From positions 102,194 through 166,193 of the IMG/VR virus record IMGVR_UViG_3300040801_001810: a stretch of DNA of 64,000 nt, one strand, 5' to 3'. Shown one piece after another: positions 48,230-58,237 of this stretch; the first letter of the stretch is position 1, and every line of letters begins with the position of its first letter. The DNA is from a virus. Lineage: Duplodnaviria; Heunggongvirae; Uroviricota; Caudoviricetes. The notes beneath the pieces are model-generated. The model saw only the letters and a list, made by a program, of their open reading frames with translations. It did no database searches and was not told the DNA's origin. Position numbers and translations under genes: made by a program.

Positions 48230-49762
48230 TTAATCCTCCGTTATAGAACTTCTATCTATGTTAAAGACTGAGAATTTATCTCCAGAGTCATCTAACAATT
48301 TATCTTTATTCTGTGTTTCAGAATTTTCTGTTTCTGTTTGAAGGGTCGAGTCTTCAACTTTTTCGCTTGATCCAGTATCTGTTTCACCAGATTTTAGACC
48401 AGAACGCAGATCTTCAAGTGTATCGTTGAGGCTTTCTGTCTGTCTCTTTGACAGCTTAGCTCTTAACTCATTGATATCCTCATTATTATTATCGGTCATT
48501 TTAAGATCAATTACATTAGAAATAACTGAGTCTCTAAATTTCTTTTCGAGTACAACTATTTTATCTAGGTAACCATTGATCTCATCTTCCCTCTGAAGTG
48601 ACACTGTTTCTGTATCTTGAACCTTAGTTTCAAGAGCAGTAATTTTTTTATCTCTTGCATCTATAGCTTCTTTGTTAGCAGCCTTAGTGTCTTCAATTTC
48701 CTGTTGAAGTTTTGCTACAAGTTCTCTTAAATCGGCAACTTTCATTTTAGAAATATCAGTTGTCTCTTCTTGAGAATCATCAGCTGTATTTGTTTCTTCT
48801 TTTCCTTCTGTTGCATCTTCTGGAAGATCAGCATCTGGATTAGCAGTGAAGTAATCCTCAATAATTTGAGTTTCTTCAGCAGTCCAATCATCTTCTAACC
48901 TTGCAGTTAAAAGATCTGGATTTTCCGCTAATTCATCATTCGATGGCACGATACCATATCTTTGTCCCTTACGATATAAGCCCGCTGTAATTTTAGCTTT
49001 GGTTTCATCAGAAAATTCAGATTTTCCAATTAGTTCTAAGCCAGCTTTAACGTGAGCAGCATCGTGTGCTGGGAAAGATCTTCCAGGACCAGCAAATGAA
49101 GTTTCAGGAAGTTTACTTCTTGCTTCAGAACTTAGTTTTGCATTCTTTGCCATAACTATTGTGTCCTTTAAGATTAATTCCGACAGTAAACTATCACGAT
49201 TATCCATAAATAAATTATAAGCTACCCACCCAGCTCCAATATTTATAGAATCTATTCTAGCCCACTCATCGGCAGGTTCGTTGACGAATGAATCTTCAAC
49301 GTACTCTATTTGGTCAATGATCCAATGGATCAATTCCCCTTTATCATTATATGAGCCTTTTTGATGTTCACAGAGGCCCTCTTCTGTTAATACTGTTCCA
49401 CAATCACTACAAGTAACTTTTGTAGTTCTAGATCCAACAGATACGGTATTATACCTTCCATCTAGGATCTTTTCTATTGATGAGGATTCTGTAATTCTTA
49501 CGGTGAGTTCTAAATAATTTTGTGGTTCTGGTGAAGAGTCATCATTATGCTTAATAACTCTAGACGAAATAACTCTTCCGATTGGATCGGATTGTTTATT
49601 ATGTCCGATTAATTGTGGTTTAGGGTACGGAAAGGTCCAAGAGTCTTTGCCTCTTTTAACACCTTTAACCGAATACTTTAACGCATTTTTATTTATAAAT
49701 GGTTCTAAATGCGAAGCCCTAAGTCTTATATCAATCGAATTAGGTAAGTTCTGTAAACTCAT
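48230..49762 (-). CDS. Prohead protease fused to scaffolding region
   Basis: 510 aa; LIGHN..DPIGRV, TVSVGS, CSDC..CEH, EDSFVNEPAD; then LSSEARSKLP..FPAHDAAHV helical module and an acidic coiled coil. Confidence 0.8.
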   Translation of the reverse strand: MSLQNLPNSIDIRLRASHLEPFINKNALKYSVKGVKRGKDSWTFPYPKPQLIGHNKQSDPIGRVISSRVIKHNDDSSPEPQNYLELTVRITESSSIEKILDGRYNTVSVGSRTTKVTCSDCGTVLTEEGLCEHQKGSYNDKGELIHWIIDQIEYVEDSFVNEPADEWARIDSINIGAGWVAYNLFMDNRDSLLSELILKDTIVMAKNAKLSSEARSKLPETSFAGPGRSFPAHDAAHVKAGLELIGKSEFSDETKAKITAGLYRKGQRYGIVPSNDELAENPDLLTARLEDDWTAEETQIIEDYFTANPDADLPEDATEGKEETNTADDSQEETTDISKMKVADLRELVAKLQQEIEDTKAANKEAIDARDKKITALETKVQDTETVSLQREDEINGYLDKIVVLEKKFRDSVISNVIDLKMTDNNNEDINELRAKLSKRQTESLNDTLEDLRSGLKSGETDTGSSEKVEDSTLQTETENSETQNKDKLLDDSGDKFSVFNIDRSSITED

Positions 49763-51749
49763 TTAAGCTCTCTTCATCTATTTCACATGAACATTGGTAG
49801 CTAAAAGGCGGTACCTTTGAATATCCGATGTTCTTAATCTCAATATTAGTATCGGTATGTTTAGAACATTTATCCGATGTAACTAGTATAGTCTTGTATC
49901 CCAATGATTTGTATATTAATATTTTAGCAAGGTTCTCTATCTTAGCTGTTTGATCTAGTAAGAACTTAGCTGTATATCGTTTTGCGAATCCAAATCTGAT
50001 GTCATCATCGAGTACTTTACTTGCTCGTTTAGCGTGATCCTTAAGTATTAAAGAAACTCCTGACAGATATCTATCTGTTAATTCGTTGTCAAGTTCTGGT
50101 TTCTCAATGTGATAGAAATCACATATGTTATTAATAGTATAATCCAATTCACTGATAATCTCACTTCTTATAGTATTATCCAATTTTTTGGAAAAATTAT
50201 CTACATTAAATATAGTAAGACCATTAAATATGTCCATAGATGTTTTAACATATTTAGGTCTACCTGTTGACTTTCCGTGCTGATTAGCTGGTCTAACTTT
50301 ATTATTAGTTGTATTAGCTTTCTTCTTAGTAGAAGTACTTGAACTACTTGATGATCCAGTTGCAGTTGGTTTAGGTTTAGATTTCTCTATTTCTATTGCG
50401 CCTTGAGTCTCAGCTTCAATCTTTGGAATTTCTACTATATTAAGGAATGTGTCCTTATCCTGTATAGCTACGTCGTAGTCCATTAGATTTCTAGCTTCTG
50501 TTCTAGTAATTAAATTATTCTGCCATAATTGAAGTATATGTGTTTCTTTCTTAATCTGATTTTCTAGATCAATTTCTGGAAAGTTAAATTCAATATCATC
50601 AACTATATTTTTAAATCCGCCATCTAGGATTAGTTCTCTAAAGAACTCTATCTCTAATCTACTTTTAATAATAGATTGATAGTTCATTGTAATAGTCTGC
50701 ATACCAGCATCTAATACTTCTGCTGTATTTCTATTAGAAGTTGATGACTCTCCCATAGCTACTGGTGATACACCAAGTCCAGCATATACTCTAGATTTAA
50801 AGTGAGTTACATACTTTATAATATCTATGGAATCATTTCCAGTAGAGGGTACTTGAATATCATGGTGGCCTGGAACTACCAACATACCATAGGCAGGCAT
50901 ATTGTTAACAACAGAACTTACTTCGTCGACTTCACCAGGAGCAGGTGGAATGTCCTTGTTTCCTACTTTATATAAATATAAAGGAATAGAATACTGGAAG
51001 CCTAATATTTCGATTTCTTCTTCAAGCTTGCGTAATGCTCGAACGTCATCTAAGATTGGAATAATAGGAGACATACCAGCTAGTATACCAGGTATCTTAT
51101 TATATGTAAAATGAATTACATCTCTTTCATCCCATATTCTTTCCTCACCACGAATGCTCTGTTTATATGTAGTAACAGCACCTTGAGCGTTTAGCCCAAT
51201 TTCCATTGTAGCAGCATCTGCTAGGAATAGCCCAACAATTGGATTATGTTCTTTTCCATATAATCTATATGGTTTCCCAAATTGAGATTTAACACCAGAT
51301 CTTTGTTTGATTATATATGCGTTTCCATATGTAACTAATTGAGTAGATAACCAATTTAAAGTATCATAAAAAGAAATACCAGTTAGATTTTGGATTTCCT
51401 TCATTCTACGCTCAACGTGTTTTTGTATCTTAGTATTCTTGGATGTTAGTTCATATCCATTTTTAAGAATATGTTCAGTGAATAGATTAACAGCTCTTCT
51501 TAAAAGCCCATCGAGCTGTACAGCGTTGGCAATCATTGGAAGATCATATTCAGGTTTTTGGAAAGTTACGTCTCTTCTATTAACACTAGATCTATATGTT
51601 CCTATATGTTTTGGACCACAGAATTTTCCTGTAGGATCGTTCACATCTCTTTTATCCAAAACCTTACCATTAGCTAAAACCTCTTGGGTTGATTCGCTAA
51701 AATCAAATGCCTCTTTTATGACCTTCGATAATTTTGCAGGTAAATTCAT
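49740..51749 (-). CDS. Portal protein with C-terminal extension
   Basis: 669 aa; LVTYGNAYI, DVIHFTYN..GMSPIIP.L.D..ALRKLEE, VYAGLGVSPVAMG portal motifs; lies before the protease. Confidence 0.85.
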   Translation of the reverse strand: MNLPAKLSKVIKEAFDFSESTQEVLANGKVLDKRDVNDPTGKFCGPKHIGTYRSSVNRRDVTFQKPEYDLPMIANAVQLDGLLRRAVNLFTEHILKNGYELTSKNTKIQKHVERRMKEIQNLTGISFYDTLNWLSTQLVTYGNAYIIKQRSGVKSQFGKPYRLYGKEHNPIVGLFLADAATMEIGLNAQGAVTTYKQSIRGEERIWDERDVIHFTYNKIPGILAGMSPIIPILDDVRALRKLEEEIEILGFQYSIPLYLYKVGNKDIPPAPGEVDEVSSVVNNMPAYGMLVVPGHHDIQVPSTGNDSIDIIKYVTHFKSRVYAGLGVSPVAMGESSTSNRNTAEVLDAGMQTITMNYQSIIKSRLEIEFFRELILDGGFKNIVDDIEFNFPEIDLENQIKKETHILQLWQNNLITRTEARNLMDYDVAIQDKDTFLNIVEIPKIEAETQGAIEIEKSKPKPTATGSSSSSSTSTKKKANTTNNKVRPANQHGKSTGRPKYVKTSMDIFNGLTIFNVDNFSKKLDNTIRSEIISELDYTINNICDFYHIEKPELDNELTDRYLSGVSLILKDHAKRASKVLDDDIRFGFAKRYTAKFLLDQTAKIENLAKILIYKSLGYKTILVTSDKCSKHTDTNIEIKNIGYSKVPPFSYQCSCEIDEESLNEFTELT

Positions 51750-52990
51750 TAAGTTGTCCTATCTCTCAAGTTTAGCATCCATCGTAATGTTTCTTGTGCT
51801 GTTGGTGTATTTGCACATCTGCTAACTATTGTATCCACATTAGATGAAGTAACATTTGTTCCTTGTATGTGATCAGCTGCGGTTCCTCTAGTTAAAGTAT
51901 TGTCAATTACATCATATGGAAGATTATATTGAGAATGTATAAATTCTCTTAAAAAACTATTAGACACTCTTGGTATATAGTTTCCATTTGCTGTATTTGC
52001 AACCGCATCCTTATTAACTAGGATAGTACCATCTGCACCAATAGTATAGCCTTGTTGTGAATTTGGATCTCCGACATTGTCGTATTCTGGATTTCTGAAT
52101 TTATTTAAAGTAGCGCTTCTGTCCATTTCTTTAATTCCGATATCTGATGGTGTACCAGTTGCAGGAACAAATTCATAGTCAACACAGAAATCAAAGTTTA
52201 ATACAGCTCTTTTTAATTTGATTAATAGATCTCGTAACCAGTATAAAAACTCTAAATCTTTAGCATTAGGAACAACTGCTTCTAATTTCTTAGACCAACT
52301 TCCTTTCATTCCAGATACGAATCCTTTAATTTTTCCCATTAATTCGGCTAGTGCGCCGTAGTCATGGACATATTTCTTTAATACATCAATCATGTGTTTA
52401 AGTGGGAGACACTTGGCCCATGTTCCATTATTATCCCATTCATCCATCCAGTCAAATATAACTCTAAGTACAGAGTCTCTTAGTGAAAAAATAGTTTCTT
52501 GTATCACTAATAAAACTGCTCCCATTATAGCTGAGAATATTTCCTTAATTACATCTGGAATAAAGAATGTTAATTTTTTAATATCGTCAGTTAATAATAT
52601 AATAATAAAGTCAACAAATGTGATAAGCATATCTAGAAACTTACCAAAGTCGGAATCAGCTAAAGTTAATTGTCCTCGAGGGTCATTACCAGTAATATCA
52701 TTTTGGGAAGCATAAGCAGACCATATTCCATGAATTAAACAACATAGAACTTCTGGATCATCTAACCAAGATACCAATACACTTAACATGTCATTAGCAA
52801 ATTGTTTAAGTATTGGTTTATCTACTTTATTAACTGTCTCTCTTAATAGACTCATTCTATCTGATAGAATTCTACCAGGAGTATTTAATATAGTAGTTAT
52901 ATTAGGATTAGACGCTCTATTAATTACATCCTCTACACCATTAGAGAATTGATTAACGTCTAATTGTGAATTAGCGTTATTTGGAGCCAT
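51749..52990 (-). CDS. Hypothetical protein (413 aa)
   Basis: Long ORF, TAATG-coupled to portal; no recognised motif. Confidence 0.7.
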   Translation of the reverse strand: MAPNNANSQLDVNQFSNGVEDVINRASNPNITTILNTPGRILSDRMSLLRETVNKVDKPILKQFANDMLSVLVSWLDDPEVLCCLIHGIWSAYASQNDITGNDPRGQLTLADSDFGKFLDMLITFVDFIIILLTDDIKKLTFFIPDVIKEIFSAIMGAVLLVIQETIFSLRDSVLRVIFDWMDEWDNNGTWAKCLPLKHMIDVLKKYVHDYGALAELMGKIKGFVSGMKGSWSKKLEAVVPNAKDLEFLYWLRDLLIKLKRAVLNFDFCVDYEFVPATGTPSDIGIKEMDRSATLNKFRNPEYDNVGDPNSQQGYTIGADGTILVNKDAVANTANGNYIPRVSNSFLREFIHSQYNLPYDVIDNTLTRGTAADHIQGTNVTSSNVDTIVSRCANTPTAQETLRWMLNLRDRTT

Positions 52991-53219
52991 TCTGTTTCCT
53001 TCCAGCTGCTGTCATTTTTTCTGATTCAGCATTATTATATCTAAATGCGTATATCTGTTCTTTCAATTGAGCTGTTTTAACTTTAAAATTTTGCGTAGTT
53101 TCATCGTCACGAAGAACTCTACACTGAAATTTTTCAAACTCAATGTGTTCCCTTAATTTTTTAACATGGGGCAATAATAAGATAGCACCAGAGACATAAC
53201 CGTTGTTTTTTACATACAT
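52977..53219 (-). CDS. Hypothetical protein (80 aa)
   Basis: Fills the operon gap and overlaps the next start. Confidence 0.55.
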   Translation of the reverse strand: MYVKNNGYVSGAILLLPHVKKLREHIEFEKFQCRVLRDDETTQNFKVKTAQLKEQIYAFRYNNAESEKMTAAGRKQNGSK

Positions 53220-53228
53220 ATTATATAC

Positions 53229-54416
53229 CTACTTAATAACATTTAATATGCTATTCCTTGTTGTTCCTGCTCCTCCAGGTTTATATTCGCCCTGTGGAGG
53301 AGTTAGTGCATCAGATAATACAGCATCTAATACCGTTCTTGCTGCTTTAACACAAGCAGGAGAAGCACCAAAACCAGTTGGAAGAGTTTTATCAACTCCT
53401 TCTAGTAATTGCTTGGAAGTAAAACAATTAGAATCCATTGCAGAATCAACAAACTCTCCAATTTGAGAATTCTCTTTACTTGGTTTAAATTCTGATCCTT
53501 CTGTTTCTGGAGGACACGTATCGTCTATTCCTCCACAATCTATTTCTACTATAGGGTCGTATCTTGGATATAAAGGAGGAGGAATCTTACATAATAATAA
53601 TTTTCTTAATTTATTTAAAAGTTTATTAATTGGGCCATTCTTTTTAATCCAGTCAGATTTCTTTCTCTTAAATCTAGGTCTCTTCTGGAAGAAAGTAATT
53701 AGAGCATCTGTAGGATTAGCAATAGCCATTCTAATAGGATTAATAATTGTCATATCTACAATAAATTTAGGCCATAACATATTCCACCATAGTTGAAGCA
53801 ATATTTCTAATATCATTTCAATCATTCTTTTTTCGTGGTTATCAGCTATCTTAGTTGAAGAGTCAGCAATGGCAGCCTCTGCTTCATATTCATTTCTAGG
53901 AGGATTAGTTAGAGTTTTAGCTATTGCAGAAGTTATCTGATTACATTCGAACCACTTACCATCAATAGTTCCATCTCCTACTAGTGCAGCTAGTACTGGA
54001 TCCTGACCCATCGACATTAATGGCCAATAATCTATAGTAGCCATAGCTGTGTCTAATACTTGTTTAGTTATATTTCCATCATCAGAACCAAGACGTTTAG
54101 CAGCTGCGGATATCGAATCATTAGCTGGAGGAATACTCATATCTTTAAGATGTTCATCTATTAGTTCTTCAAGCTGTTCTATTGTGTCTTCTAGATCAGC
54201 AGTATTTTTAATAAATCCATCTAGTTCTTTTTCTGGACTTTCTGAAGGATCGCTGGTGGTATCTTGTTGAGCAGAAGTAGATACAGCAGAAACAGTAGTA
54301 GGATTTAGCACCTGTTGTACTCTTCCTGCTATTCGAAGTTGCTCAATAATTTCGGTAGGTATTTCTTTATCTACGAAATCAGCAATATTAAAATTTGTTT
54401 TTTCGTTAGTTGGCAT
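53229..54416 (-). CDS. Hypothetical protein (395 aa)
   Basis: Long ORF, TAATG-coupled to TerL; several Cys in the C-terminal half. Confidence 0.7.
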   Translation of the reverse strand: MPTNEKTNFNIADFVDKEIPTEIIEQLRIAGRVQQVLNPTTVSAVSTSAQQDTTSDPSESPEKELDGFIKNTADLEDTIEQLEELIDEHLKDMSIPPANDSISAAAKRLGSDDGNITKQVLDTAMATIDYWPLMSMGQDPVLAALVGDGTIDGKWFECNQITSAIAKTLTNPPRNEYEAEAAIADSSTKIADNHEKRMIEMILEILLQLWWNMLWPKFIVDMTIINPIRMAIANPTDALITFFQKRPRFKRKKSDWIKKNGPINKLLNKLRKLLLCKIPPPLYPRYDPIVEIDCGGIDDTCPPETEGSEFKPSKENSQIGEFVDSAMDSNCFTSKQLLEGVDKTLPTGFGASPACVKAARTVLDAVLSDALTPPQGEYKPGGAGTTRNSILNVIK

Positions 54417-56260
54417 TAAAATATACTCCTACCACCAAGAGAACCACCCATTGAAAACCCAGCTGTTCTGGATCCAATTCTAGGTATTCCTACTCGTTGA
54501 GGCTTTTGTCTAGAGGTTGGTTTATCAGGATCACGAATTGGCATATTATATGAGTTTCCATAACCTGTTGATTTAATAGGACTTGATGTCGAATTAGATC
54601 TAATTGGATACATCGAAGCTCTAGGATCTGGACACATGCCAATATTATAAGTTAGTCTTGATGTTAACAATGAACCATAGTTTTGTTGAAATCCATATAC
54701 AGCTAGATTAAATGCATCTAAGATGTGATCTTCTCCTTCATAAGCAAATTCGCCTCTTGCGGTAACATGTTTAACTTTGTACTCTCTCATTTGGCCTATT
54801 AATCTTGTATTAACATCTTCTTCTTTAGGAAGAACAAACATGCCTTCTTCTAGTGATATTACAGAAAAGTTTACCATTAATGATTTATTTCTTTTCTTAA
54901 CATGCTTTTGTAATACATGGTCATAATGATCCACTGTTGCTCCAGAGTCAATTACCTTAAGTTTCTTATTTAGTCCTAGTTCAGGATGAGTTTTTCCATA
55001 TAAACTAAGTTCTTCAATATTGGTATCTCCTGCTCCATAATCTACATATAAATAGTCTACTTTATAGTAAGTCATTAATCTTATTATTTCTTGTCTAGTA
55101 AATCTTTGTGTAGATTCTTTTGATCTTATTCCTCTTCTATAGAATAATCTATATTTACCAGTAAAGTCTATGAAAACATCTTTTTCTAGATCATCATCAT
55201 AATATTCAACAGAAGTAGGTGTACTACAAAATTCAAGCATTACTATTTGCCCACCATTAATGTAGCTATTCCAGTCTACTCCAATAATATATTTATGTTC
55301 TGGATGTTGTTCAAAGCCAGGATCAAATATATCTGGATCTGATATGTCTATGTTTCTACCATACTTAATCATGGAAGAAGCAATTAGATGGTGTTTATAT
55401 ACTCCACCAAATTCTTCACCAAATTCTCCACCATATTCTCGAGCATAAGCTGCACTATCAGTTACTTTTTTAACCTGGAACTCAGTACTATCAGTTATGT
55501 TTCTTCCAACTTCTTTTGCCTTTTCAATACTTAACCAGTTATCATTATCTGGGTGCCAAGACGGAAAGTGTAAATGTAGCCAACCCATTTCCTCTGCTTC
55601 GGTACACCACTTAAAATATAGTTCACGTTTACCACTTGGAGTAGAACATATTCTACGTTTTACATCAGGGTGAGTTGTAGTAATAGGAAGAATAACCTGT
55701 TTAATAATATCTGATGGGATAAAGTCCATCTCATCAATAAATATCATATCTCCAGATAGTCCTCTTAATGATGTACCTTGGTTAGATGAACTAATACCAA
55801 TAGTGTATCCTTTGATTATACTTCCTGGATTATTTCCTTGACCATAAAACTCAATTGTATGAACATCAGATGTTCTAATCTTTTTTACTTGATCTTTAAG
55901 TAATGGGGAATCTCCAATTAGTTGAGTAAATGTATTCCATAATTCCTTAACTTGAGATTCATAAGGGGCAAATACTAAGATTGTAAATGGTTTTGGTTTC
56001 TTAGATCCACTCTCTAACATATCAACTAGTGGCCATGCCGACGCCCACCATAGACAATCAGCACACATTACTACAGATTTACCCATACGTCGTCCCCAAC
56101 GTAAGATAATATTTTGTTGTGTTCTGGAGTTATCTGTAATTTGTTGTTGATAAGATCTTAATACTAAAGGAATTTCTCTATTCCTAGGATCTCTTAAATA
56201 GGATTCGCACCATACTGTTGGATTCTTAAACGTCTCCAATATTTTTGCATTTAATGACAT
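54416..56260 (-). CDS. terL: Terminase large subunit
   Basis: 614 aa; Walker A WGRRMGKS, Walker B MIFIDEMD, CSTPSG coupling motif, nuclease IGVDWN and EDHILDA. Confidence 0.95.
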   Translation of the reverse strand: MSLNAKILETFKNPTVWCESYLRDPRNREIPLVLRSYQQQITDNSRTQQNIILRWGRRMGKSVVMCADCLWWASAWPLVDMLESGSKKPKPFTILVFAPYESQVKELWNTFTQLIGDSPLLKDQVKKIRTSDVHTIEFYGQGNNPGSIIKGYTIGISSSNQGTSLRGLSGDMIFIDEMDFIPSDIIKQVILPITTTHPDVKRRICSTPSGKRELYFKWCTEAEEMGWLHLHFPSWHPDNDNWLSIEKAKEVGRNITDSTEFQVKKVTDSAAYAREYGGEFGEEFGGVYKHHLIASSMIKYGRNIDISDPDIFDPGFEQHPEHKYIIGVDWNSYINGGQIVMLEFCSTPTSVEYYDDDLEKDVFIDFTGKYRLFYRRGIRSKESTQRFTRQEIIRLMTYYKVDYLYVDYGAGDTNIEELSLYGKTHPELGLNKKLKVIDSGATVDHYDHVLQKHVKKRNKSLMVNFSVISLEEGMFVLPKEEDVNTRLIGQMREYKVKHVTARGEFAYEGEDHILDAFNLAVYGFQQNYGSLLTSRLTYNIGMCPDPRASMYPIRSNSTSSPIKSTGYGNSYNMPIRDPDKPTSRQKPQRVGIPRIGSRTAGFSMGGSLGGRSIF

Positions 56261-56271
56261 AAACTCTTCCT

Positions 56272-57186
56272 CTATTGATGCATATACGAAGCTTCTGATC
56301 CAAATGCGGATCTACCGTTAATATACGACTTGCTTATAGCTTGTATTGCTCTTTGTCTTTCCGTAGCAGCTCCTTGTGATAAATAACTTAACTCTAATCT
56401 TCCGCCTGTTTCAGGCATAAATCTATTATTGTATTCAGTTAATGTATTATCAAGTGTTCTTATCGCTGCTCTCCCTAATGGCTCACCAACCATACTAATC
56501 ATATCCCAGGCAAACATTGCTGCTCCAACCATGGATACTACTTTACCAGCACTTAGTCCTACTTTTGCTGCAATTTTTAATCCTCGTCCACTTTTGGCAG
56601 CACCTAATAACTTTTGATATCTTTGAAGATTTCTAGTACCTTTTTTATGTAATGAATCCCAAATTTGAAATTCTGATTTTTTACCAGCTTTCCAATCCAT
56701 TACATGACCTAAATGAGAAGGATCTTTAATTTTATTAGTATATTTATAAAGATTACTTAATTTTCCTGCTTCAGCTAAGTACATTTCGTTTTTAAGCATT
56801 TGAGAAGCAACTTTTCCTTCTAATTTGTTTATATTAATAGAAGAACCTAACCACTTACCACCAACATGACCGCCACCAATAGTTCCAAATGAACCTAACC
56901 TTCTGACACTTTCGGCTCCAAGACTCAAGCTTCCTCTTACTATTCCTTGTTTACTATAAGCAGCTTTAGCCATACTGCGTGCTCTAGTAAGTGTCCCTGC
57001 TATGCCTCTAGTTTCTAGACTTTTTCCAATACCTGGAATCCATAAACCTTTTGATGGGCTTGGAAAGAATCCAGGCATTTGCCACATACCAAGATAAGTA
57101 GACGGTCTAAGAGGAGAAGTAGCATAATCAGCTAATGTCTGACCTACTGTCATTTGTTCTGCGCCGTATGGATCATATTGTGGCAT
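56272..57186 (-). CDS. Basic Gly/Ala-rich putative ejection/core protein
   Basis: 304 aa; starts MPQYDPY; hydrophobic VVSMVGAAMFAWDMISMVG segment. Confidence 0.5.
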   Translation of the reverse strand: MPQYDPYGAEQMTVGQTLADYATSPLRPSTYLGMWQMPGFFPSPSKGLWIPGIGKSLETRGIAGTLTRARSMAKAAYSKQGIVRGSLSLGAESVRRLGSFGTIGGGHVGGKWLGSSININKLEGKVASQMLKNEMYLAEAGKLSNLYKYTNKIKDPSHLGHVMDWKAGKKSEFQIWDSLHKKGTRNLQRYQKLLGAAKSGRGLKIAAKVGLSAGKVVSMVGAAMFAWDMISMVGEPLGRAAIRTLDNTLTEYNNRFMPETGGRLELSYLSQGAATERQRAIQAISKSYINGRSAFGSEASYMHQ

Positions 57187-57650
57187 TACATTCCTCCATG
57201 TCGAGTTCTACTCATTGCATTAGATAGACCCATAGTAGATCCATAATTTTGCATTCTGCTTGTTCCTGATGCTAGACCTAGTCTTGTATTATTTAACATA
57301 TTTTTACTAACAGCAGCATCTTGCATATATCTTTCATAAACTATTTCTCTAGATTGATTAAGTGCACCTTTAAGCATACTTACACCCAACATAGCAACAG
57401 CACCAACTATCATTCCTCCTGTTTTAATTGGACGAGGAGTAGCTCTATAAAGTCTAGCTCCAAATTTTGATGCACTAAACATACCCTTACCAACTGCTTT
57501 AGATGAAGAAGTAACTTTTCCTGTCATGGCCGCAACGCCTTTATATATAGATTTATAAGGAGTAGTTTTAGGCGAAAATTCTTTATTAGCCTGATTAAGA
57601 AATCTATTAGTAATTGTTTCTTTTTGTGTTGGTATTTTTTTTGAAGCCAT
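57186..57650 (-). CDS. Basic putative ejection/core protein
   Basis: 154 aa; Lys/Arg-rich with GGMIVGAVAMLGVSML hydrophobic segment. Confidence 0.5.
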   Translation of the reverse strand: MASKKIPTQKETITNRFLNQANKEFSPKTTPYKSIYKGVAAMTGKVTSSSKAVGKGMFSASKFGARLYRATPRPIKTGGMIVGAVAMLGVSMLKGALNQSREIVYERYMQDAAVSKNMLNNTRLGLASGTSRMQNYGSTMGLSNAMSRTRHGGM

Positions 57651-57652
57651 AA

Positions 57653-58237
57653 TTAGTATTTCGTATGGTTAATTGCATGTTTAGATGCAAATAGAGCGGG
57701 ATTTCTTTCTGTAGTGGTTCTAACAGAAGTATGAAATCCTTTTCTAACAGTAGAATAGTAAGGAGTGATTGTCTTTGATGCGGTTTTACTTAAATTAACT
57801 GGAGATCCAAAATCAGTCATTGATTCTGTAATTAAATCATATCCTCGTTCATACTCTTTAGGAATAGCTGGTGATGGGGTAAATCCAGACATAGCCTTTC
57901 CAGCTAGGTTAAATACAAATGAGGCACCAAGAGCAAATGCTCCTCTTCGTGCCCATTTATTTCCAGCAATCTTTTGTAGAACTCTTCCAGCTTTGGATCC
58001 AGATAATAATAAATTAGTTTTATTAGATATCTTTGTAACAGATTCATTAATTTTTAATGCAGGTTTACCATTTCTTTTTTGCTTTAGTCGTTGTGTCTTG
58101 CTATCAATACGTTCATTAGGTCTCTGAGTCACATTATTAAGCATTGACTCTCTAGCAAATAGATGTCTAGTGTGTCCTGTAATAAAGTTTTGTGCTTTAT
58201 TATAAAAATTATGAATTAATTTAGTCTCCATCAACAT
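57653..58237 (-). CDS. Basic putative ejection/core protein
   Basis: 194 aa; Lys/Arg-rich with GAFALGASFVFNLAG segment. Confidence 0.5.
   Translation of the reverse strand: MLMETKLIHNFYNKAQNFITGHTRHLFARESMLNNVTQRPNERIDSKTQRLKQKRNGKPALKINESVTKISNKTNLLLSGSKAGRVLQKIAGNKWARRGAFALGASFVFNLAGKAMSGFTPSPAIPKEYERGYDLITESMTDFGSPVNLSKTASKTITPYYSTVRKGFHTSVRTTTERNPALFASKHAINHTKY

Noticed and set aside
53218-53226. TATAAT immediately before the 80 aa gene
   Set aside because: It abuts the ATG with no room for a start site and has no -35; expected by chance in AT-rich DNA
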